A stretch of 23,580 nt of DNA from Candidatus Eiseniibacteriota bacterium (lineage in GTDB: Bacteria > Eisenbacteria > RBG-16-71-46). A program made the position numbers and the translations under genes. Below, in pieces: positions 1 through 7,490 of the stretch (positions within the stretch are counted from its first letter, which is position 1; every line of letters begins with the position of its first letter). Location of the stretch: assembly GCA_031364845.1 (NCBI GenBank), contig JANLWX010000112.1:1-23580 (forward strand), read 5' to 3'. The notes beneath the pieces are model-generated. The model was not told where the DNA came from. It worked only from the letters and a program-made list of their open reading frames with translations, and ran no database searches.

Positions 1-1
1 T

Positions 2-943
2 CAGGATCAGGTACACCATCCAGCCCTGAGGCACGAGCGCATTGCCGAGAAATCCGACGAACCCGATCGAGAGTCCCAGCAGAATCGCGCGACGTTCGCC
101 GACCAGCGGGATGAGCCTTCGGGTCACGAATGCCTGCGCGAGCGCCATCGTGAAACCGGCGTAGGCGAGTGAGGCGCCGACGGCGTGATCGCTCCATCCG
201 AACTTGATCTTCGTGTAGAACGCCCACGTCGACGGATACGATTGGTGCGCGAGCATCCACAAAAACCACGCGGCGAACAGCGGCAGCGCGCCGCGATGGC
301 GCGAGATCGAGGCGAAGGTTCCGAACGGATTCGCGCGGCGGATCTCGAAGCGCCGCCTCCGATCGGCGGGCAGTGATTCGGGCAGCATGAAGAATCCGGC
401 CGCCGCATTGAGCAACGCGAGCCCGGCCGCGACGAAGAACGGAGCGCGCGGGCCGAAGCTGCCGAGCAGGCCGCCGATCGCAGGTCCGATCGTGAAGCCG
501 AGACCGAACGCGGCGCCGATCAGTCCGAAGTTCTGCGCGCGGCGTTCGGGCGGCGTGATGTCGGCGATGTAGGCGCTCGCGGGAACGAACGTGGCGCCCG
601 CGATACCCGCGATCGCGCGGCTCACGAACAGCCAGCTGAAGGTGGGGGCGAGGCCCATCACCAGGAAGTCGAGTCCGAATGCGAGCATGCACGTGAGGAT
701 CACCGGCCGGCGCCCGAAGCGGTCGCCGAGCCCGCCCATCACGGGGCCGAACAGGAACTGCATCGCGGCGAACACGCCCATCAACCAGCCCGACAGGCGT
801 GCGGCTTCGCCGAGCGTCGTGTGGGTGAGTTCGACGATCAGGTCCGGCATCACCGGGATGATGATTCCGAATCCGATCGTGTCGATGAGCAAGGCACTCA
901 GGACGATCAGCAGCGCCCGGCGCTCGTGCGGGTGCGGGATCAG
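2..943 (-). CDS. TCR/TetA-family (DHA1) MFS efflux transporter, 3' end beyond window; probable CTG start
   Basis: Not in the ORF track because it runs off the edge. Manual translation: LIPHPHERRALLIVLSALLIDTIGFGIIIPVMPDL...MQFLFGPVMGGLGDRFGRRPVIL (MFS motif A)...SRAIAGIAGA...AYIADITPPERRAQNFGLIGAAFGLGFTIGPAIGGLL (antiporter motif C)...LPESLP...ANPF. In-frame TGA at 968-970; GAGGGA lies 7 nt before CTG at 943. Substrate unknown. Confidence 0.9.
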   Translation of the reverse strand, partial: MIPHPHERRALLIVLSALLIDTIGFGIIIPVMPDLIVELTHTTLGEAARLSGWLMGVFAAMQFLFGPVMGGLGDRFGRRPVILTCMLAFGLDFLVMGLAPTFSWLFVSRAIAGIAGATFVPASAYIADITPPERRAQNFGLIGAAFGLGFTIGPAIGGLLGSFGPRAPFFVAAGLALLNAAAGFFMLPESLPADRRRRFEIRRANPFGTFASISRHRGALPLFAAWFLWMLAHQSYPSTWAFYTKIKFGWSDHAVGASLAYAGFTMALAQAFVTRRLIPLVGERRAILLGLSIGFVGFLGNALVPQGWMVYLIL

Positions 944-947
944 GGGA

Positions 948-2753
948 CTATCCCTCGCTGGCGGTAGTCAGCGTCTCGAGCTCGACCCACCGCGCGTAGG
1001 CCTTCTTCACGTCGGCCTCCACCGATGCGAGCTGCTCGCGCACCGCAACGACCTCGTCGCCGCGCTTCGTGTAGAACTCGGGCGTCGCCATCAAGTCGTA
1101 CAGACCCTTCTGTTGAGCTTCGAGTTTCTGGATGAGCTCGGGAAGTGCCTCCAACTCGCGCTTCTCCTTGAAGCCCAGGGATTTTCCGCTGCGCGCCCGC
1201 GCCACGGCGCGCGCGGATTTGGGCTTCGCAGGCCGGGCCATCACCTGCGGCGCTTCGGATCCCCGCTGGCGAATCCAGTCCGCATAGCCGCCGACGTACT
1301 CGCTCCACTGGCCCTTGCCCTCGAACACCAGCGTCGAGGTGACCACGTTGTCGAGAAACGTGCGGTCGTGGGAGACGACGATCAGCGTGCCCTGATATTC
1401 GAGCAGCATGTCTTCCAACAGATCGAGGGTTTCGAGATCGAGATCGTTGGTCGGTTCATCGAGCACCAGCACGTTGCACGGGCGCGAGAGGATCTTCGCG
1501 AGCTGGAGCCGCTTGCGCTCGCCGCCCGACAGCTTGGTCACCGGGCCCTGAATCTGTTCGTTGGTGAACAGAAAGTCGCGCAGGTATCCGACCACGTGCC
1601 GCTCGCCGCCGCCGACCGCGATCATGTCGCGGCCCTCGGAGATGTTTTCCATCACCGTCTTCGTGTCGTCGAGCACGTCGTGCAGTTGCTCATAGTGAGC
1701 GACTTCGAGCCGCGCGCCCGCGGTCACGGTGCCCTCCTGGGGTGCCAGTTCGCCGAGCATCAGGCGGATCAGCGTCGTCTTGCCGCAGCCGTTGGGGCCG
1801 AGGATTCCGATCCGATCGCCGCGCACGACGGTGCCGGTGAATCCGCGCACGATCGGCTCGCTGCCGTACGCATATCCGAGATTCTGGCAGCGCAGCACGA
1901 CACGGCCGGACTTCTCGGCTTCCTGGAGCTGCGCATTCACGCGTCCGACTTCTTCGCGCCGGGCGCGGCGCTCGAGGCGCAGCGATTCGAGCGCGCGCAC
2001 GCGGCCTTCGTTGCGAGTGCGGCGCGCCTTGATACCGCGGCGCACCCATGCTTCTTCCTGCGCGAGCTTCTTGTCGAACAACGCATCCTGCTCGGCTTCG
2101 ATGCGCAACTCCTGCTCGCGCCGCTCGAGGTACGTGTCGTAGTTGCAGCGGTAGCTGCGGATCACTCCGCGGTCGAGATCGAGGATGCGCGTCGCGAGCC
2201 CGCGCAGGAATGTGCGATCGTGCGTGACGAACACGAGTGTTCCGCGGCGCCGCTGCAGCGCGTCCTCGAGATGACGGATTGCCTCGATGTCGAGATGGTT
2301 GGTGGGCTCGTCGAGGATCAGGAGGTCGGCGTCGCGCACCAGTGCTGCGGCCAGCAGCACGCGTCGCTTGGATCCTGCCGACAGCGTTTCGATCCGCGCG
2401 TCGAGGTCGAGCAGCAGATCGTGAACCGCCTGATCGATGCGGGTTTCGATTTCCCACGCGGCATCGCTGCGGGTGGCACCGCACACATCATGAAGGTAGT
2501 CGCGCACGGTGCCCGCGAGATCGAGCGGCACGTCCTGCTGGAGGCTCGCAACCCGCAGCCCGGGGCTGCGCGAGATCTCGCCCGAGTCGGGCGCGAGGGA
2601 GCCTTCGAGAATCTTGAGCAGCGTCGACTTCCCGGCGCCATTGCGTCCGATCAATCCGAGCCGTTCACCGTCGTCGATCTGAAGACCCACATCATCCAGG
2701 AGCGGTGGCCCCGCGAATGTGAGACGAACTTGGTTGAGGCCGAGCAACGCCAT
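948..2753 (-). CDS. uup: ABC-F family ATPase, Uup type (two ABC domains plus C-terminal coiled coil), 601 aa
   Basis: Walker A GRNGAGKS and GPNGCGKT; signatures LSAGSKRR and LSGGERKR; LDEPTNHLD and LDEPTNDLD; linker QEEAWVRRGIKARRTRNEGRVRAL; C-terminal KEKRELEALPELIQKLE...AYARWVELE; no TM segments; GGAG upstream of ATG. Confidence 0.92.
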   Translation of the reverse strand: MALLGLNQVRLTFAGPPLLDDVGLQIDDGERLGLIGRNGAGKSTLLKILEGSLAPDSGEISRSPGLRVASLQQDVPLDLAGTVRDYLHDVCGATRSDAAWEIETRIDQAVHDLLLDLDARIETLSAGSKRRVLLAAALVRDADLLILDEPTNHLDIEAIRHLEDALQRRRGTLVFVTHDRTFLRGLATRILDLDRGVIRSYRCNYDTYLERREQELRIEAEQDALFDKKLAQEEAWVRRGIKARRTRNEGRVRALESLRLERRARREEVGRVNAQLQEAEKSGRVVLRCQNLGYAYGSEPIVRGFTGTVVRGDRIGILGPNGCGKTTLIRLMLGELAPQEGTVTAGARLEVAHYEQLHDVLDDTKTVMENISEGRDMIAVGGGERHVVGYLRDFLFTNEQIQGPVTKLSGGERKRLQLAKILSRPCNVLVLDEPTNDLDLETLDLLEDMLLEYQGTLIVVSHDRTFLDNVVTSTLVFEGKGQWSEYVGGYADWIRQRGSEAPQVMARPAKPKSARAVARARSGKSLGFKEKRELEALPELIQKLEAQQKGLYDLMATPEFYTKRGDEVVAVREQLASVEADVKKAYARWVELETLTTASEG

Positions 2754-2882
2754 GAGGAATCTCGTCTCCGGGTGAAGGATGCTGCCCAGTCTGCGGGCTG
2801 ATCGCGGGGATCGGCAGCGATCTCGGCAGGGGCTCTCATGCGGGATAATGTCATCCGCAGTTTGCTTCAGATCGAGCCAACT

Positions 2883-2915
2883 AGAAAGCGGCTCCCATCG
2901 TGAGATGGGAGCCGC
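2883..2915 (-). terminator. Intrinsic terminator-like hairpin
   Basis: Perfect 12-bp inverted repeat GCGGCTCCCATC (2888-2899) / GATGGGAGCCGC (2904-2915) with a 4-nt loop, followed on the minus strand by TTTCT. Confidence 0.7.
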
Positions 2916-3070
2916 AGGATGTACTGCTTTGGTCCTGACACCGAAACTTCCGCGATCGACTCCCCCTCAGTAAGCCATCACGGACCGTATTCGACTTCAG
3001 GACCGTCCTTCGCCGCGGAGCGCTGTTCCTCCGCAACGGTCTGTTCAGATGCACGCATGAGCAGTATCGA
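2883..3070 (-). ncRNA. Candidate structured small RNA or leader RNA (unassigned family)
   Basis: Nested complementary segments 2922-2928/3060-3066, 2931-2938/2997-3004, 3001-3006/3036-3041 and 3015-3020/3029-3034, plus an inner rod that pairs with G-U wobbles only on the minus strand. Ends at the terminator hairpin. No match to a riboswitch, 6S or SRP consensus that I recognise. Confidence 0.4.
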
Positions 3071-3224
3071 TTCCATACGGTTCAAAAATCTCAAAACCTG
3101 AGGCTATGAGCGGGTTTACAGGACCGGATCGAACCTCATCCGGCTTGCGCCTGGGGGCGGGCTTGGTGATGATCATGTCCGCTGCGGTCCGGTCGCGCGC
3201 TTCACCCTCCGAGTAAGGCAGACC

Positions 3225-5399
3225 ATGGTGCCATTGCCTCAGAATCCATCGATCAGTCGCGGCGTGGCATCGGCCCTGCGCGGAGCCAGCATCGTGTTCG
3301 CCGTCGTGACGATCGGGATCGGCGCGGGTGCGCTGCTCGGCTGGATCCTCGGTGATGAACTTCTCAAATCGTTCTATATGCGCGGTATCAGCATCAAGAC
3401 CAATACCGCGATCTGCATGATTTTCACCGGCCTCTCGCTGCTGCTCGCCGCCAGCGACGACCGGCCGGGCTCGGGCCGCGTCCTCCTCGCGCGAATGCTG
3501 GCTGCAATACCGGTACTCCTGGGCGTGGCGATACTGAGTCAGCACGTTTTCGGCTGGAACCTCGGCATCGACGAGTTTCTCTTCAAAGAGGCCAGCGGAG
3601 CGGCCGGGACGCTGAGCCCCAATCGTATGGGACCGCCCGCGTCCTTGTGCTTTCCGCTGCTCGGAATCGCACTGATCTTGATCGACCGTCGCGGCCCTCG
3701 TGGCCAGGTCCTGTCCGTCCCGTTCGCGGTCGCCCCCGTGCTCATCGCGATCGTGCCGATCCTCGGCTACGTGTATGGAATCCGTGAGCTCTACGGCATC
3801 GCGCGCTACACCGGGATCGCACTGACGACCGCGATCACGTTCGTGATGGTCGGGATGGGGATCATGTTCGCCCGTCCCGAAACCGGCCCGACGCGCATCT
3901 TCGTGACGACCGACAGCGGTGGAATGCTCGTGAGACGCCTGATGCCCGCGGCGGTGCTGCTGCCGATCGTGATCACGTCGCTCCGATCGGCCGGCCAGGA
4001 CGCGGGCTGGTACGACGCCGCCTTCGGCCACAGCCTCGGCATGTTCAGCTTCATCGTGGCGTTCTCGTCGCTGGTCCTGTGGACGGGTTCCGTGATCTCC
4101 CGCCACGAGCACGCCCGCGTGCAGGCCGAAGTCGCCGAGAACGAGATGAAGCAGCTGCTGCTCCAGAGCCTCAAGGGCGAGCGCAGCGCGCGCGCCGTGG
4201 CGGAGCACTCGAGCCGCATGAAGGACGAATTCCTGGCCACGCTCAGCCACGAACTGCGCACGCCGCTCCAATCGATTCTCGGCTGGGCGGTCGTGCTCCA
4301 GCGCGACGGTATCGGCGAACACGAGCGGCGCCGCGGACTCGAGACCATCCTTCGCAACACGCGCATCCAGGCGCAGCTCATCGAGGAACTGCTCGACGTC
4401 TCGCGGATCGTGTCGGGCAAGGTCCGCCTCGAAATGGAAGACGTCGAGCTTGCACCGGTGGTCGATGCCGCCCTCACCACCACGATCCCGGCCGCCGAGG
4501 AGAAATCGATTCACATCGAGCGCCGGATCGAGCCGGGACACGTGCGCGTCCGCGGCGACGCCGCGCGGCTTCAGCAGGTGATCTGCAACCTGATCATGAA
4601 TGCCATCAAGTTCACGCCGTCCGGCGGCAACGTCGCGGTCGTCCTCGACTACGACAAGAATCACGCGACGCTGATCGTGTCCGACACCGGCATGGGGATC
4701 CCGGACGGAATGATCGATCAGATCTTCGAACGGTTTCGTCAGGCAGACGGCTCGACGACCCGCGTGCACGGCGGACTCGGGCTCGGGCTTGCGATCGCGC
4801 GCCAGCTCACGGAACTCCAAGGCGGGTCGCTGCGCGCGCACAGCGACGGCGAGGGCAAGGGCTCGACGTTCACCGTGAGGCTGCCGGTGGCCTCGACTTC
4901 CACCGTGGCGCACGACGGCAAATCGATGGCGCACGATCCGCGCCCGAAGCAGGAGCGCGACGGTCAGCCGGTGTCCCTGGACGGCGCGCGCATTCTGGTG
5001 GTCGAGGATCAGGAGGATGCGCGCGACATCATCGAGTTGGCGCTGATGGATGGGCACGCCGTGGTCCGCACCGCGGAGAATGTCGACCAGGCTCTCGAGA
5101 TCCTCGAGGGTGAATCGATCGACGTGCTGGTGAGCGACATCGGCCTTCCGCTTCGCGACGGCTACGACCTGATTCGCACCGCGCGCGAGCGCGGCATGAC
5201 GATCCCGGCGATCGCACTCACCGCTTACGCTCACGCCGAGGACGGCGAGCGCGCGATCGAGGCAGGCTACCAGCAGCATCTCGCAAAGCCGGTCGCCCCT
5301 TCGGTGCTGCTCGCGGCGGTGGCGCGCGCGCTCGGTAACGCACGCGACGAAGCCGACTCGCTGGCGTTGCGAGGTTCTAAGGAGAACGGCGCCGCCTGA
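3225..5399 (+). CDS. Membrane-bound hybrid sensor histidine kinase / response regulator (multi-TM sensor, HisKA, HATPase_c, REC), 724 aa
   Basis: About 7 hydrophobic segments in the first ~290 aa; H-box KDEFLATLSHELRTPL; N-box QVICNLIMNAIKFT; G1 DTGMGI; F-box IFERFRQAD; G2 GGLGLGLAI; receiver ILVVEDQED...DVLVSDIGLP...IALTA...HLAKP. Confidence 0.95.
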   Translation: MVPLPQNPSISRGVASALRGASIVFAVVTIGIGAGALLGWILGDELLKSFYMRGISIKTNTAICMIFTGLSLLLAASDDRPGSGRVLLARMLAAIPVLLGVAILSQHVFGWNLGIDEFLFKEASGAAGTLSPNRMGPPASLCFPLLGIALILIDRRGPRGQVLSVPFAVAPVLIAIVPILGYVYGIRELYGIARYTGIALTTAITFVMVGMGIMFARPETGPTRIFVTTDSGGMLVRRLMPAAVLLPIVITSLRSAGQDAGWYDAAFGHSLGMFSFIVAFSSLVLWTGSVISRHEHARVQAEVAENEMKQLLLQSLKGERSARAVAEHSSRMKDEFLATLSHELRTPLQSILGWAVVLQRDGIGEHERRRGLETILRNTRIQAQLIEELLDVSRIVSGKVRLEMEDVELAPVVDAALTTTIPAAEEKSIHIERRIEPGHVRVRGDAARLQQVICNLIMNAIKFTPSGGNVAVVLDYDKNHATLIVSDTGMGIPDGMIDQIFERFRQADGSTTRVHGGLGLGLAIARQLTELQGGSLRAHSDGEGKGSTFTVRLPVASTSTVAHDGKSMAHDPRPKQERDGQPVSLDGARILVVEDQEDARDIIELALMDGHAVVRTAENVDQALEILEGESIDVLVSDIGLPLRDGYDLIRTARERGMTIPAIALTAYAHAEDGERAIEAGYQQHLAKPVAPSVLLAAVARALGNARDEADSLALRGSKENGAA

Positions 5400-5415
5400 A
5401 CGGAATGCCGGAGTG

Positions 5416-6390
5416 CTAGCGAATGACGACGACCCGCCGCCGTGCGCGTTGATCCGCCGTCATCAACTCGACGAAATAGACGCCGGGCCCGGCACGCGAG
5501 CCGTCGCGAGTCTTTCCGTCCCACACGACGCGATGCGAGCCCGCGGCGAATGACGCATCGGCGAGTTTCGCCAGCCGCCTGCCGGACAGATCGTAGATCG
5601 AGAGCGTGGCGTTCTGCGGGGAACCCAGCACGAACTCGAAGTCGGTTCCGCCCCGTGAGGGATTGGGCCGCGGCGGCATGATGTAGGCCGCGTTCGCGAT
5701 GACCTTGGTTTCCGATCCGACGCTCGTCGTGCCCACGCACGGCCGATAGACGACGAAGAACACCCAATCGCCCGATACTCCGAGTGTGCACGCGTCGTTC
5801 CAGCCACCGGGGATCGCGAACACCGCATTCTTCCCGGCCTGACATCCGTTGCCGTCGTGCACCGTGCTCGGCGCGAAGGTGTTCCCCGCGTTCGAGGTCT
5901 GGAATTCGAGCGCGACTGTGAACGGTCCCGATGGAATGACGATCGATCCCGGCAATGGCTCGAGATCGAACTGGTTGATCGCACCGTCGTTCAGCACCGG
6001 ACCTTCGAGCGTGAACACCGGACTCCCGGGATTGGGAAGACCGCCCGCATACACATGGAGGGCACGCTCGAGAGAGGCTGGCGTGCCGCCGGACTGCGAA
6101 CCCCATGCGATCCCGACGCGCAGGACTTCGAGCGGATAGTCGGACTCGGGCGCGGTGAACACGACCCCGGCCTGTTCATGTGCGGCGAAGCATGGGCACG
6201 TGATGCGGCCGGCGCCCGTGAAGGCCTGGAGCGGAGGGCGCTCGGGGCAGGCTGCGGCGAGGCATGCACGTGGAACGAGTCCGGCGAGTGCCGCAAGCAG
6301 CGCGAACCCGGCAACGCCGCGGGCGACGCGCGGCGCTCGAGAACGGACAGTCCGCGATTTCGACGCTCTGGAACGGTCTCCAACAGTCAT
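5416..6390 (-). CDS. Secreted protein: six-Cys beta-rich domain of unknown function plus FlgD-Ig/T9SS-A-like C-terminal domain, 324 aa
   Basis: GGAGG 7 nt before ATG; basic N-terminus then hydrophobic stretch (GVAGFALLAALAGLVPRACLA); C-terminus PRPNPSRG...LSIYDLSGRRLAKL...GSHRVVWDGKTRDGSRAGPGVYFVEL...RRRVVVIR. Confidence 0.85.
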   Translation of the reverse strand: MTVGDRSRASKSRTVRSRAPRVARGVAGFALLAALAGLVPRACLAAACPERPPLQAFTGAGRITCPCFAAHEQAGVVFTAPESDYPLEVLRVGIAWGSQSGGTPASLERALHVYAGGLPNPGSPVFTLEGPVLNDGAINQFDLEPLPGSIVIPSGPFTVALEFQTSNAGNTFAPSTVHDGNGCQAGKNAVFAIPGGWNDACTLGVSGDWVFFVVYRPCVGTTSVGSETKVIANAAYIMPPRPNPSRGGTDFEFVLGSPQNATLSIYDLSGRRLAKLADASFAAGSHRVVWDGKTRDGSRAGPGVYFVELMTADQRARRRVVVIR

Positions 6391-6691
6391 GACGCAGCCT
6401 CCGGCCCGGTGCCGAGGCGCATACTACCCGCCGGATTGGGTTCCTGCTCCCGTGATTCCCGGACGAACGCCCAACCAACTTTCTCGCGAAGCACCTTGTA
6501 GTTGACCGTGCGGTGGGGCGAAGATTGTGGCTGACGCTGCAATCAATCCGTCTTACATTGGAAAACAACGAGTTAGCACTCGCTATCGTGGCTTGGATGG
6601 TCGTTTCACAATCTGCGCCTCACCACCGTTTCGCGCGACCGATGCTCGAAACGGAATTCGATTTCGCAGTAATGAACTTTGGAGACCCGTC

Positions 6692-7444
6692 ATGAACTCT
6701 CCTCGCACTGCTCTGCACTTCCTGCTTCTGACGATGCTTTCGACCGCTCTAATCGCCCCCGTGGCACAGGCGCAGGAACTTCTGCCGCCCCGAGTCACCG
6801 ACCGCAAGTTTCCGGAGTTTTTGTTCTGCCCGATTCCGCTCGAGATGAGCTTCGTCGCCAACAAGGCGACCGCGACGTTGCGATTCTCGACGACCACCGT
6901 GAACTATCTGTATTCTGACTTCCAAGGCACCCAGCAGCGCTGGGCTCATCAATCGATCGACAACATCTGCGTCGTCCCCGAGAACGTCTATCTCGCGAAT
7001 CGCGGACCGCTCGCGGGATCGGCCGCGGATTGTTACCTGAACGCTCCGGTCGCCGAGACGTTCTATTTCCACACCGCAGGAACGATCCCGCTCAAAGAAG
7101 ACTTCTCGGTGCTGCCTTCGGCCACCGGATGGGATCTGTCGCACGGAGCCTACTGGTACGAAACGCGGACGGCGCCGAACAACCCGGCCACAGGCTCAGG
7201 GGAGATCCCACTCGGAAGCCTCGGTCTGGGCCCCGACACTCCGTCTCATGCGCTCACGGATTCCGCCTTTACGACTCGGCAGGTATCGGGACTCACGCCG
7301 GGCACGACCTATCGAGTCACCGGCTGGTGGGCGGTCGAGAGCATGCAGGAGGACAAGATCTTCCTGACCGTCGCGGTGCTCGACGACAGCGCGACCCCCA
7401 TCGCGCGCACGACCTGGGGAGCGCTCAAGAGCCGCTTCAAGTAG
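6692..7444 (+). CDS. Secreted protein, 250 aa, jelly-roll-like body with C-terminal TWGxLKxxF motif
   Basis: Start moved from 6527 to ATG 6692 (GGAGA at 6681-6685), giving signal peptide MNSPRTALHFLLLTMLSTALIAPVAQA; ends ATPIARTTWGALKSRFK*. Confidence 0.82.
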   Translation: MNSPRTALHFLLLTMLSTALIAPVAQAQELLPPRVTDRKFPEFLFCPIPLEMSFVANKATATLRFSTTTVNYLYSDFQGTQQRWAHQSIDNICVVPENVYLANRGPLAGSAADCYLNAPVAETFYFHTAGTIPLKEDFSVLPSATGWDLSHGAYWYETRTAPNNPATGSGEIPLGSLGLGPDTPSHALTDSAFTTRQVSGLTPGTTYRVTGWWAVESMQEDKIFLTVAVLDDSATPIARTTWGALKSRFK

Positions 7445-7455
7445 GCCCGACGCGG

Positions 7456-7481
7456 GCGCGCGATCGAATCCGGTCGCGCGC
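7456..7481. terminator. GC-rich hairpin between convergent genes (possible terminator)
   Basis: GCGCGCGATCG-AATC-CGGTCGCGCGC, an 11-bp stem with one G-U pair, in the 46-bp gap between stops at 7444 and 7491. U-tract weak. Confidence 0.45.
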
Positions 7482-7490
7482 TTCGCGTGG

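Noticed and set aside
2..943. Calling the MFS gene tetA (tetracycline resistance)
   Set aside because: Family membership is clear, but no tetR or mobile context is visible and substrate cannot be inferred from motifs.
591..2801. 736-aa plus-strand ORF
   Set aside because: Antisense shadow of uup and the MFS gene; no recognisable motifs; expected from GC-rich codon bias.
2920..2940. Minus-strand GTCAGGACCAAAGCAG resembling the SRP RNA domain IV motif
   Set aside because: Lacks the central GNRA-loop hairpin (CC-GGAA-GG) between CAGG and AGCAG.
3045..5279. 744-aa minus-strand ORF
   Set aside because: Antisense shadow of the histidine kinase; Arg/His/Asp-rich with no domain signal.
6527..6691. 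Upstream extensions of the ORFs at 6527, 22288 and 14202
   Set aside because: Downstream ATGs (6692, 22351, 14175) have RBSs and place the signal peptide at the N-terminus.
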